IMG/VR virus record: IMGVR_UViG_3300025010_000071
Coordinates: 1-56,495 of that record
Length of the DNA: 56,495 bases
From: a virus
Taxonomy: Duplodnaviria > Caudoviricetes
Direction: 5' to 3' (one strand)
Part shown: piece by piece, positions 36,945 to 45,441 of the stretch
Layout of the letters: each line of letters opens with the position of its first letter
Numbering within the stretch: position 1 is the first letter of the stretch
Notes under the pieces: generated by a model
Databases searched by the model: none
Told to the model about the DNA's origin: nothing
What the model saw: only the letters and a program-made list of their open reading frames with translations
Translations under genes and position numbers: made by a program

Positions 36945-37831
36945 GAATAATTGCAACTGGAGACTGGCACATACGTGGGAAAGGCCCACGTATCCGGAAG
37001 GATGACTATGCCGAAGTACAATTCAACAAGATTAAATGGATTAGAAATTTAGCGAATGAATTAGATGCTACAATAATGGTGGCGGGGGATGTATTTGATA
37101 AACCGTATTGTTCATTGTATTGGTTAAATCGCTATATCTTCTTGCTGAAGACAGTAGAGAATGGTGTAGGTGGTATATTTGGTCAGCATGATATTTTCTA
37201 CCACAATCCTGTACTGGATAAAACACCGTACAATACTTTGTTGGCAGCAGGGGCAATACAAGAAAACCCACCAAATGATTACGATTATAAATGGGAATGT
37301 ATTTCTTTTGGACAGGAACCTAAAGAGGGCGGCGACTGTCTACTCATTCATTTCCCAGTAACAGCAAAAGAACCACCTTTCTTTATGCCAGATGCTTTAT
37401 CAGCGAAACAGTTTATGAATAAGTATCCAGGGTATAAGTTGATTGTTTCTGGTGATTATCACGATCATCACATTACTAAGTACAAAGATCGGTTACTGAT
37501 TAATCCTGGACCGATAATGAGAAGTGCCAAAGATAAAATGAACTATAAACCCAGTGTAACCTTTGTTGATACAGATACACTGGAATATAAGGTGTACTAC
37601 ATTCCCATAGAAGAAGACGTATTTGATCTGGATAAGATTGATAAGGATGATATGTCTTCCTATAAACAGGATGTTAAGGAATTGGCACAGAGTATCAAGT
37701 TCCAAACGCAAGGTAAAGAATACGAGGAAGTTCTCCAGATAGTTATAGAAGAAGCAAAAGCAGATAAGGTAACCAGAAAAATTATATCAGACATAATGGA
37801 GAAGGTACATGAACGACTTGGAACGAATTGA
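36935..37831 (+). CDS. sbcD: SbcD/Mre11 metallophosphoesterase nuclease
   Basis: GDWH, AGDVFD, GQHD, GDYH, NPG motifs. Confidence 0.9.
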   Translation: MDMRIIATGDWHIRGKGPRIRKDDYAEVQFNKIKWIRNLANELDATIMVAGDVFDKPYCSLYWLNRYIFLLKTVENGVGGIFGQHDIFYHNPVLDKTPYNTLLAAGAIQENPPNDYDYKWECISFGQEPKEGGDCLLIHFPVTAKEPPFFMPDALSAKQFMNKYPGYKLIVSGDYHDHHITKYKDRLLINPGPIMRSAKDKMNYKPSVTFVDTDTLEYKVYYIPIEEDVFDLDKIDKDDMSSYKQDVKELAQSIKFQTQGKEYEEVLQIVIEEAKADKVTRKIISDIMEKVHERLGTN

Positions 37832-38066
37832 AGATATAAAGAATAAACTGGAAAAGTCTAAGGAAACTCTTGCAAATATTCGTGGTAAGATATCAGCAAA
37901 AGAGGATCAGTTAGTGGCAGCTGGTTTCAAGAAGTCCGATAATATTCTGGCAGACGTGGATAAGGAATTGCTCCGATTAGGCAAAGAGATACAATCAGAT
38001 ACCGAGAAACTGAATGAAATGATTGAAGACTTCAAGGTAAAGTTCCCAAGTATATTTGAGGGGTGA
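37809..38066 (+). CDS. small coiled-coil protein between the SbcC halves
   Basis: Heptad pattern; overlaps both neighbours. Confidence 0.65.
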   Translation: MNDLERIEDIKNKLEKSKETLANIRGKISAKEDQLVAAGFKKSDNILADVDKELLRLGKEIQSDTEKLNEMIEDFKVKFPSIFEG

Positions 38067-38067
38067 T

Positions 38068-38676
38068 ATGGAAATAGCAACCGTAAGAGAAAAACTCAGG
38101 GATAAACGGTCAGAGAGAGCAATCCATAAAGATAACATTACCCGATTAAACAAAGAACTGGATACCCTATTTACCTCTACTGCTGGGCATATTAAAGCCA
38201 GAGAGTTAATGCAGAAAGCGGCAGAGTTGACCCAGAAGAATCTGGAAGAACACCTGTCTAAGATCACGACAAAAGCTTTGGATATTGTCTTTGAAGAAGA
38301 AGCACCGTTGTTTATTGTCCGGTTTATATCAAGGAGAAATGTATCAGAATGCGATATGTTTTTCTCAGATGATGGTGTAAATGAAATGAATCCGTTAGAT
38401 TCCTGTGGATTCGGTGCAGTAGACGTAGCCAGTTTTGCGTTACGTGTTTCTATCTGGGCATTAAGCAAAACCAGAAACTGTTTGATTATAGATGAACCGT
38501 TCCGGAATCTGGATGAAGAACGTATGCCCAGAGCATCCCAGATGTTGAAGATTTTATCGGATGAATTACAGATACAGATGATAGTGGTTACCCATGAAAC
38601 GTATCTGGAAGATGCAGCCGATAAAGTGTTTGTGGTAACCAAGAAGAATAAGATCAGTTCGGTAAAGGAGAAATGA
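38068..38676 (+). CDS. sbcC: SbcC/Rad50-like ATPase, C-terminal half
   Basis: Signature-like SCGFG, Walker B/D-loop LIIDEPFRNLD, H-loop VVTH. Confidence 0.85.
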   Translation: MEIATVREKLRDKRSERAIHKDNITRLNKELDTLFTSTAGHIKARELMQKAAELTQKNLEEHLSKITTKALDIVFEEEAPLFIVRFISRRNVSECDMFFSDDGVNEMNPLDSCGFGAVDVASFALRVSIWALSKTRNCLIIDEPFRNLDEERMPRASQMLKILSDELQIQMIVVTHETYLEDAADKVFVVTKKNKISSVKEK

Positions 38677-38927
38677 TGGCATATACTTATGTGGTTATAT
38701 TAAAGGAAAAGATACAGGATGTAATTGATTCTACGGACTGGAAGAAATTTGAAACACCGCTTACTATGGAAAAAGGGATAGAATTAAGAGTCAGTCTTAT
38801 TATATCAGTAGAGAAATGTAATAAGTTACTGAAAATGATTGAAGAGGATGGAGATAAAGAGGAACGTAAGGCATTTGAAGAATATAACCGGGAAGTTGGT
38901 ATTTCCCATAGGAGTGAACCAAAATGA
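38673..38927 (+). CDS. hypothetical protein
   Basis: ATGA overlaps at both ends. Confidence 0.6.
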   Translation: MMAYTYVVILKEKIQDVIDSTDWKKFETPLTMEKGIELRVSLIISVEKCNKLLKMIEEDGDKEERKAFEEYNREVGISHRSEPK

Positions 38928-39658
38928 TAAATGAGGAATTCTGTTGTGTACGGGCAGCAACTATTGAAGATGCTTGGCGAGAAGTAATGTGGTTGTGTGT
39001 TAAAAAAGGATATGACTTTATGGTAAAGGGTGGGTCATACGTTGGTCAGATACGCAAACAACTGGAAGATGTAAAGATTGTAATAGATAAACCGTGGATC
39101 AGGCCACTTGCTCCTATCTTACCCCCAGGTATACCTGCACCAACAAGTGATGAAAAGATTGAAGAGTATTTCCATCGTTATATTTTTGGTTCAGAGAAAC
39201 GGGAAAATGAAGTTTATACTTATGGTGAGTTTATATCCAAACAATTAGGTAGGGTACTAGGATTGTTGGTAGAATCTAACGGTAATTCAAATCAGGCAAC
39301 TATTTGCATTGGTAATATAGAAACTACTTACCTGGATGATCCACCGTGTCTCAGGTCCATATCATTCAAAGTAGTTGACAATAAATTGAATATGACTGTA
39401 TACTTCAGGTCATGGGACCTGTACGCTGGTCTACCAGAAAACCTTGGTGGGTTACAAAGGCTGAAAGAATTTGCTATCGATTATTTATTAGATGGAGGGC
39501 TTAAAGTTACAGATGGGAAGATTATTGCATTCTCAGACGGTTTGCATTTATATGACCAATACTTCCAGATAGTGGATACTTTAAATGTGGACAAGGTACA
39601 GGTGGGTGCTCAAGCATTACTGGATAAAAAAGAATTCCTGGCTAAAGAAGGAATTTAG
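38924..39658 (+). CDS. thyA: thymidylate synthase
   Basis: YTYG, PPC catalytic Cys, FRSWD..GLPEN, LHLY motifs. Confidence 0.88.
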   Translation: MINEEFCCVRAATIEDAWREVMWLCVKKGYDFMVKGGSYVGQIRKQLEDVKIVIDKPWIRPLAPILPPGIPAPTSDEKIEEYFHRYIFGSEKRENEVYTYGEFISKQLGRVLGLLVESNGNSNQATICIGNIETTYLDDPPCLRSISFKVVDNKLNMTVYFRSWDLYAGLPENLGGLQRLKEFAIDYLLDGGLKVTDGKIIAFSDGLHLYDQYFQIVDTLNVDKVQVGAQALLDKKEFLAKEGI

Positions 39659-39665
39659 GTGTCCT

Positions 39666-39941
39666 ATGAGAGCCGTGTATCCAAAAAAGATGAACAAGGT
39701 CTGCTATGATTGTGGCAATAGAGCAGCAATAATGGTGCATAACTGGAGAGAAGCCAGATACCGTTACTATTGCCCTACTTGTAAAGAGAGTAAGGCTAAG
39801 AAAGAATTAGAAATTTCTAAACTAACTTTACCCAAAACAGAATTGGAAATATCTTTATGGGAAAAACCAGAAAGGAGAAATAGAGAAGAGGAAGAGAAGG
39901 AATATTTATTGGCTTTACGGAAACAAAAGGGGTTACGATAA
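39666..39941 (+). CDS. zinc-finger hypothetical protein
   Basis: CYDCG and CPTC. Confidence 0.55.
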   Translation: MRAVYPKKMNKVCYDCGNRAAIMVHNWREARYRYYCPTCKESKAKKELEISKLTLPKTELEISLWEKPERRNREEEEKEYLLALRKQKGLR

Positions 39942-40117
39942 TGGCAAATATTCAAGTGATACGGGCATTCAAAAGGAATGGTATTACTAAAGTATATAAC
40001 TATACTGGTGATCCTATTTCTACAGGTCCCATCTATCCACTGAAACAAATAGTGGTTGGTCCTACTCTGATTAGAGTAGTGGACGATCCACCTGATAAGA
40101 ATAAACCTAAATCATAA
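39941..40117 (+). CDS. small hypothetical protein, last gene of the plus-strand arm
   Basis: TAATG overlap; its end overlaps the ferredoxin stop on the opposite strand. Confidence 0.45.
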   Translation: MANIQVIRAFKRNGITKVYNYTGDPISTGPIYPLKQIVVGPTLIRVVDDPPDKNKPKS

Positions 40118-40318
40118 TGGTGAAAAAGAAATAGCTCTGGTAGGGCAGGAATCAACTACCAGAGCTATTCCGGCTTTAACGTCTTCTCGTTCTAATGCCC
40201 AATCAGAAACGTCAATCCTTCCTTCATAGACTGTTTTGAATCTCGGTAAAATCTTTTCACAGGAACCACAGTCTTCGCATTTACTTTTATCCAGTTTCAG
40301 AACGTGCTTGTAATGCAA
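40112..40318 (-). CDS. ferredoxin (single 4Fe-4S/3Fe-4S cluster type)
   Basis: DKSKCEDCGSCE...SCPTRAI; AGGAG RBS before TTG. Confidence 0.85.
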   Translation of the reverse strand: MHYKHVLKLDKSKCEDCGSCEKILPRFKTVYEGRIDVSDWALEREDVKAGIALVVDSCPTRAISFSPL

Positions 40319-40330
40319 AATAGTTCTCCT

Positions 40331-40846
40331 TCAATCGGTGTCTTCCGCACCATACAGTAGATTATTGGCTATTCGATCAGCCCAGCCTCTGGAATTATCA
40401 TGCCAGTTATCAAGATCTTTCAGAAACTTTAGTCTACCAGCCGTCAGTCTCATTACCAGATCACTATCTGTAAAGCTAAGAATTTTTGCTCTGGTGTATG
40501 GCCCTATTACCCCATCAGGTTCAACCTTCTCTCCACCAATTACTATATTCATTTGACGCTGCAATTCTTTTACTGCTCTACGGATACCACTATGTACACC
40601 AAAATCAATCAACTGGAAAGTGATACCGTCAGGAAGTTGTCTTGAAGATATAGGAGCAATAAAATCCCGCTCGTATATTACTGCGGCATCTTCAAGGGAA
40701 AGGTTTTTGATATCTAGGTGAGGATAGGACCTTTTCGATATACCCCACTTAGTTTCTCCCCCTGGATCGGCTTTAGGGGATCGATTGGAATACCCCCCTT
40801 CATGACCATTAATACGGACAAGCCATTTCTTAATCTTTTCTCGCAT
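40331..40846 (-). CDS. endolysin, glycoside hydrolase family 108
   Basis: HEGGY..DPGGETKWGIS, DGVIGP.T, GW..R motifs. Confidence 0.93.
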   Translation of the reverse strand: MREKIKKWLVRINGHEGGYSNRSPKADPGGETKWGISKRSYPHLDIKNLSLEDAAVIYERDFIAPISSRQLPDGITFQLIDFGVHSGIRRAVKELQRQMNIVIGGEKVEPDGVIGPYTRAKILSFTDSDLVMRLTAGRLKFLKDLDNWHDNSRGWADRIANNLLYGAEDTD

Positions 40847-40847
40847 C

Positions 40848-41414
40848 TCAGTTCCTTATCCCTCTTGCATATTCCCGCGAAAATTTTAGTGCGGCATTCA
40901 CTTTTTCTTTATCGTATGATAGTTTGTACCTGTCGCAGATAAAAATGAATTTAGCTATATATTCCGCATGAAATGAGATATTAGGAGGTAACCATTTATC
41001 TGGGCTACTATCACCTTTACCACTATGAACAGTTCTATTTACTGCCAGAAGATTATCTACATCATTGGCAAATTCTTCTCTTTCTGCATTTGTCCAGTTT
41101 TCAGCACCATGTTCCCAAGCATACTTCAACGGTACAACATGATCAATATCCAAATAACTGGCTGAATGGAATATTTTACCAGAATATGGACAAACCCATA
41201 TTCCAAGTTTAATATCATTCCCCACAATGGAAATAAGGTAATTACCGTTAGCAGTCTGAACAGACTGTTTTATCAATACATCTTCACGGGTATTAAATCC
41301 ATTTCCATCTAAATCAGACCAGTGTTTAAAGTGCTTACTTCTGTTATACTGTTCTGTATATGAAAAACTTGGAAACAGAAATATTACCAAGATACAAATT
41401 ATTACTTTATTCAT
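40848..41414 (-). CDS. secreted HNH nuclease (DUF1524-like) with signal peptide
   Basis: ATGA-coupled start MNKVIICILVIFLFPSFSYT; YNR..F.HW.D.D, CPYSG, DIDHVVPL..AW..GA, FAND..NLLAV, K.D..P..WLPP. Confidence 0.85.
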   Translation of the reverse strand: MNKVIICILVIFLFPSFSYTEQYNRSKHFKHWSDLDGNGFNTREDVLIKQSVQTANGNYLISIVGNDIKLGIWVCPYSGKIFHSASYLDIDHVVPLKYAWEHGAENWTNAEREEFANDVDNLLAVNRTVHSGKGDSSPDKWLPPNISFHAEYIAKFIFICDRYKLSYDKEKVNAALKFSREYARGIRN

Positions 41415-41893
41415 GGAACTATTACCTCGGCAGACTTCAATAATGGTTGGATCCACTCTAAAACTTTTACTGCTGCAACTGACGCCACAGCCAAATAAAT
41501 CAGAATCCTTTGCCAATTTGTTTTTTTCCAATCCTCTAAAGTAACCACTCTAGCTACTAATAAACCGTACTCTGTTTTAAACAAAGCAAGTTCTACTTTA
41601 TCAACTTTACCCTGTTCGACCTCTTTTAAGCGGGAGTAAATCTCACCACGGCGAAGTTCACATTTAGTGGAACAACTGGTATTTGTTTTCTCTATTCTTT
41701 GCAATTCGGTGTCAATGGAAATTTGCCTTGCTGTTGTAGTGGAATTCACTAAATCCCGTAGAGCTTCCAGTTTCTCCTTAATGGAAACCATCACCCGTTT
41801 CTCAGCCTTCTCTATGGATTCCTCCACTCTGCCTTCAAGCCTTTCCATAGTCTCGTAGACTGACCTCCGTCTTTCTTCAGGGGAATCTTCCAT
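41411..41893 (-). CDS. coiled-coil protein with C-terminal TM helix (lysis-associated)
   Basis: GGAG RBS; heptads then ILIYLAVASVAAV. Confidence 0.6.
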   Translation of the reverse strand: MEDSPEERRRSVYETMERLEGRVEESIEKAEKRVMVSIKEKLEALRDLVNSTTTARQISIDTELQRIEKTNTSCSTKCELRRGEIYSRLKEVEQGKVDKVELALFKTEYGLLVARVVTLEDWKKTNWQRILIYLAVASVAAVKVLEWIQPLLKSAEVIVP

Positions 41894-41897
41894 GAAA

Positions 41898-42362
41898 TCA
41901 CTTCTCCAAAAGTTCGTTAAAATTCTTCCGTTTAATCAAAAGGTCTAGCCATATTGGAAGTTTTCCTTCTATCTCATTCAAATGGTTTTTAGATAGGGTG
42001 CCATCAGCACCAGCACTTAACGATTGCCCAACAAAAGTTACACCAGATTTCTTAGATGATATTAAGAACAGTATTTCTGGTCGCACTCTCTTTGCTACCC
42101 CACAAAGGAAAACCCCTGTGGGGCGTAAATCTTCATCGGTTAAATCAGCAATGACTAAATCTATATTTGGATCTTGTTCAATTATAACCATTGCCTCTTT
42201 ATAGTCATGAACACATATAATAGTTTCTACTCCCAAAGATCGTAAAGAGGTACAGGTTTTTTCCAATTCATTATCGTTCTGTTCGACTACCATAATTATT
42301 AGATTTTTAACGGTACACATTGGCGTATTCTCCATTGGAAAACTGGTTGCATTACTTTTCAA
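41898..42362 (-). CDS. stand-alone CheY-like receiver domain protein
   Basis: IMVVE, EAM..I..DPNIDLVIAD, G..L, PEI.FLISS, SLSAGADG.LSK. Confidence 0.8.
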   Translation of the reverse strand: MKSNATSFPMENTPMCTVKNLIIMVVEQNDNELEKTCTSLRSLGVETIICVHDYKEAMVIIEQDPNIDLVIADLTDEDLRPTGVFLCGVAKRVRPEILFLISSKKSGVTFVGQSLSAGADGTLSKNHLNEIEGKLPIWLDLLIKRKNFNELLEK

Positions 42363-42612
42363 TCTGATCGGTTACCTCAACTTCTGGTTTTTTAAATACA
42401 CCAGTAAGATTGGCAAGTTTAACCATAGCACCAACGAAGACTTCAATAGCGGGCCATACTGAATCAATTTCTTTAAAGATTACACTGAGACTTTCCCTGA
42501 TGGCAGCAATCTTCTCCTTCCCCCAACCAGAAGCAGGAATAAACTCTTCGATCTTTTGTACTGCTTCAATAATAGCCGGCACCATCTGCAAAAACATTAA
42601 TATGTATTTCAT
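42352..42612 (-). CDS. small holin-region protein
   Basis: GGAGG RBS; amphipathic, G.GKEK motif. Confidence 0.55.
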   Translation of the reverse strand: MKYILMFLQMVPAIIEAVQKIEEFIPASGWGKEKIAAIRESLSVIFKEIDSVWPAIEVFVGAMVKLANLTGVFKKPEVEVTDQIEK

Positions 42613-42941
42613 TTCGGTTCCTCCACTATAGGACCAATCTTTAGGCCATCCGCCCCTTTCAGTTTTCTCGTAGTGACAATTGTCAGAACGATGTTTACAG
42701 CATTTAAAATACCAGCAAGTGATCCAGAAACAATAATTATCACTTCATCATTTACTGGCAATTTAACATCAATCGCCTCCAACCCAAGAACAATTGCAGT
42801 TAGAATAAGAGCAATTTGGTTCGCAGTAATGGCAACATTCTTCCAGCCTGCTGGGTCCGAAACCTGTTGCCCTGCCTCCAACGCTTCCTTGAATTGCCCT
42901 ACATTTTTTATCAGTGAGATCCATCTCATAGTATGCTTCAT
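42609..42941 (-). CDS. putative holin (two TM segments)
   Basis: IALILTAIVLGL and IIIVSGSLAGILNAVNIVLTIV; basic C-terminus; lysis context. Confidence 0.6.
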   Translation of the reverse strand: MKHTMRWISLIKNVGQFKEALEAGQQVSDPAGWKNVAITANQIALILTAIVLGLEAIDVKLPVNDEVIIIVSGSLAGILNAVNIVLTIVTTRKLKGADGLKIGPIVEEPK

Positions 42942-43035
42942 CTCCTATAATTAGCCTGATATAATCATTACTGGTCATCGTTCTGGGAGTACATGAGGAC
43001 AGGATTAGCAGAATAGTTACGGCCACCCACTTCAT
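42769..43035 (-). CDS. putative lipoprotein overlapping the holin gene
   Basis: MKWVAVTILLILSSC lipobox; ATGA-coupled to upstream gene. Confidence 0.4.
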   Translation of the reverse strand: MKWVAVTILLILSSCTPRTMTSNDYIRLIIGDEAYYEMDLTDKKCRAIQGSVGGRATGFGPSRLEECCHYCEPNCSYSNCNCSWVGGD

Positions 43036-43406
43036 TCTCTATCCCTCGGCCGTTCCGGTAGACCCTCGCAGAATTTGCACTCTGGGTCGAGACACTTAAA
43101 TTGCTTCCATCCGTCGCATATTGGGCAAAGCCACGTTTCCCATTTTTCAGAATACTTCAGCGGCAAGCCACAGTAGGCACATTTCTTATCCTTCTTTTGG
43201 AATAACTGCTTTATCCACTTCACTAACTTCTTCGCATTCACTTTTATTACAATTATCTTCTCTTTCGGTGGTGGGCCATAAGCGTCTTCGGTCAGCATCC
43301 CCATTTCCTCCAATACACCAATCACTCCCATCGCCTGTGACCAATACGGAAGCCTGTGGTGATCTTCGAGATATTTTGCCACTGGGTGATTTTGTATGCC
43401 GTTCAT
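43032..43406 (-). CDS. hypothetical protein with C-terminal zinc ribbon
   Basis: GAGGA RBS before ATG 43406; CAYCG, CPICD, CLDPECKFC. Confidence 0.55.
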   Translation of the reverse strand: MNGIQNHPVAKYLEDHHRLPYWSQAMGVIGVLEEMGMLTEDAYGPPPKEKIIVIKVNAKKLVKWIKQLFQKKDKKCAYCGLPLKYSEKWETWLCPICDGWKQFKCLDPECKFCEGLPERPRDRE

Positions 43407-43490
43407 GAGTTTCCTCATTAGGATAATTACAGACTGGGCATTTAGACCCACCAACGTATAAGTGCTGGCAGGTTTTACAGATAGGAGCCA

Positions 43491-44165
43491 TTAGTTATCG
43501 GTTACTATAACAGGGGTGTCAACTACTTCTACACCAGGATCGGTTACGGGGAAATCAGTAGAACCACTTGCAGGGGTAGAAGTTGCTTGGCCTTCCTCAC
43601 CAGTATTAGTGGAGGTAGCATGAGTTTCACTGGTAGTTTTGTTATTGGTAGTATTAGCATCGCCACCTTCAGTGTTGTTGGTAGTTTTATTCCCTGCACT
43701 AGACCCAATAGCTTCAATAGCTTTCACTGCCCCAACAGCAATAGTGGCTGTAGTAGCTACATCGGCACCACGATTTATAGCGGTTCTAACTGTGGCCCCC
43801 TGTTCTTTTAATTCTGTTCCCATAAATGCCCAGAGATTATCAGGATTATGGCATGGGTTTGAATCTTTACCAGTAGCAGATGCTACGAGTCTAGCAGTTT
43901 GTGCCTGTAATTTCACTACCATGCAGTCTCGGCTATCCATCCCGGTACAATCTACTTTCAAGGATTCCCCATAAGCTTGCATACATCTTTCTTCAGCAAT
44001 AGCCTGTTGTCTTGCAATGTTGGCCAAAGAAGATTCAGATGTACTGACAGTGCCATCTTTGTAAGAGGTTGTGGTTGTGGTACCAAGAAGTTTGGCTGTT
44101 TTAGATCCACACCCAACCAGCAGAACTGACAACGAGATTAACAGTACAGCACCAATTCTTTTCAT
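43491..44165 (-). CDS. lipoprotein with Thr-rich tail
   Basis: MKRIGAVLLISLSVLLVGC lipobox. Confidence 0.75.
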   Translation of the reverse strand: MKRIGAVLLISLSVLLVGCGSKTAKLLGTTTTTSYKDGTVSTSESSLANIARQQAIAEERCMQAYGESLKVDCTGMDSRDCMVVKLQAQTARLVASATGKDSNPCHNPDNLWAFMGTELKEQGATVRTAINRGADVATTATIAVGAVKAIEAIGSSAGNKTTNNTEGGDANTTNNKTTSETHATSTNTGEEGQATSTPASGSTDFPVTDPGVEVVDTPVIVTDN

Positions 44166-44168
44166 AAC

Positions 44169-44609
44169 TTACCTCACTGGACAGTATTGAACATGCGATG
44201 GTCGGCGACCGTATGGCGCAACAACATAGATGCCGACGTAAGATTCCCCCAACCTGGACACAAAACCATTAGCTTTTCCTGAATCCAATCTATTTGCTTT
44301 CCTCATATTTACCCTTCGGATGAAAAGACCATCCGAGAATCGTACAGAAGCATACCTCATTTCATTCCATAATGGTTTCCTGATCTTTGCTGTTCTACGG
44401 TTACCATTTTCGATACGGTCTAATTTGAAGGTTTGGCATCTACTACGAACTGCCGCAGACTGCTCAACAGTAGATTGGTCTTCCTCGTCTTGAACCAATG
44501 GATCAAACTTTGCGGTTACATCACCAGGACCAGTAGGCTTATTCTCGTTGTCTTTGTGACAACCAGTAAAAGCAAAAACAACTAATACCATAAGCAAAAG
44601 TCTTTTCAT
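44169..44609 (-). CDS. lipoprotein
   Basis: MKRLLLMVLVVFAFTGC lipobox. Confidence 0.7.
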   Translation of the reverse strand: MKRLLLMVLVVFAFTGCHKDNENKPTGPGDVTAKFDPLVQDEEDQSTVEQSAAVRSRCQTFKLDRIENGNRRTAKIRKPLWNEMRYASVRFSDGLFIRRVNMRKANRLDSGKANGFVSRLGESYVGIYVVAPYGRRPSHVQYCPVR

Positions 44610-44619
44610 CTCGATCCCC

Positions 44620-45081
44620 CTACTGTAATGAATTCCATATAGCAAAACTACCACCAATTACACCAAATGTACCGTATAACCAATTTCTATATTCCTGTTG
44701 TCTTGCACCATCTTTAAAGTAGTATTCAGCTATCCATATAACAAAAACAGTCGCAGCCACCTTTGAAGCAATTACCACACCTTTTTCTGGTTCTTTACCG
44801 AATAGAGGATTTGCTTCAACATACCCTTCATCCAGTTTATCAAAAGTGGTTATGGTATCTGCTACCTGTCCGGCTATGGCTGTTCCTAACCAAAACTTAT
44901 TCCAGTTTGTAAAATTACTGGTTTCTTTTTTCGGTTCTATTGGAACCATAAACATTTCTTCGATCGGTAACTGTTCTACTGGTTCTAAATATACTTTTCC
45001 ACAACCAAGTAATTGTGTTATTACTAGAAGCAGGGCAATTGTCCACAGTACGCCAGATATGATTTTTTCTGATTTACTCAT
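44620..45081 (-). CDS. membrane lipoprotein (D..TT/EANP type)
   Basis: LLGC lipobox; ADTITT..GYVEANPL and TM helices. Confidence 0.65.
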   Translation of the reverse strand: MSKSEKIISGVLWTIALLLVITQLLGCGKVYLEPVEQLPIEEMFMVPIEPKKETSNFTNWNKFWLGTAIAGQVADTITTFDKLDEGYVEANPLFGKEPEKGVVIASKVAATVFVIWIAEYYFKDGARQQEYRNWLYGTFGVIGGSFAIWNSLQ

Positions 45082-45356
45082 TGCTTCCCTGTTTCCAGTT
45101 CAAAGTTTAGTACTGCTAAATCCAACAATGGTTGAATCTCCATTTTTGACTGCTCGGCAAAGTGTAACAAGTCAATCGTCAATCCAAGAATATCCGTTTC
45201 CAGTTTGTCCTCGCTGAACCCATCTGTATCTGGTGGTATCCATGCGAGTAACGCTTTCTTCGCCCTCTCGGCGCGCTCTCGATTTATAAACTTCATTGCA
45301 GATTTTCGTCCGTGTAATGCTGCATGAACTACAGTACTTGTACTTACTTTCTGCAT
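45078..45356 (-). CDS. hypothetical protein
   Basis: N.ERAERA..AL...DLLHFA pattern; start uncertain. Confidence 0.55.
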   Translation of the reverse strand: MQKVSTSTVVHAALHGRKSAMKFINRERAERAKKALLAWIPPDTDGFSEDKLETDILGLTIDLLHFAEQSKMEIQPLLDLAVLNFELETGKQ

Positions 45357-45357
45357 C

Positions 45358-45441
45358 TTACATCGGCCCAGCGATCAGCCACAGCACCGCCGCCAGTTCG
45401 ACAGCGAGGATGACCAGTAGGGTGTTGATGATACTGTTCAC
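45358..45441 (-). CDS. 27-aa TM peptide (not in ORF track)
   Basis: GTGA overlap, GGAG RBS; MNSIINTLLVILAVELAAVLWLIAGPM. Confidence 0.4.
   Translation of the reverse strand: MNSIINTLLVILAVELAAVLWLIAGPM

Noticed and set aside
38924-39658. dCMP hydroxymethylase for cytosine modification
   Set aside because: The specificity residue is Asn (GLPEN), as in dUMP-specific enzymes, not Asp.
563-40048. Numerous antisense ORFs in the six-frame track on the plus-strand arm (likewise plus-strand ORFs over the late arm)
   Set aside because: They shadow well-supported genes on the opposite strand and show no recognisable motifs.
43186-43491. 101-aa ORF with N-terminal CxxC..CxxC
   Set aside because: Only the first ~25 codons look protein-like and the rest overlaps the better-supported 43032-43406 gene; possibly a remnant, not called.
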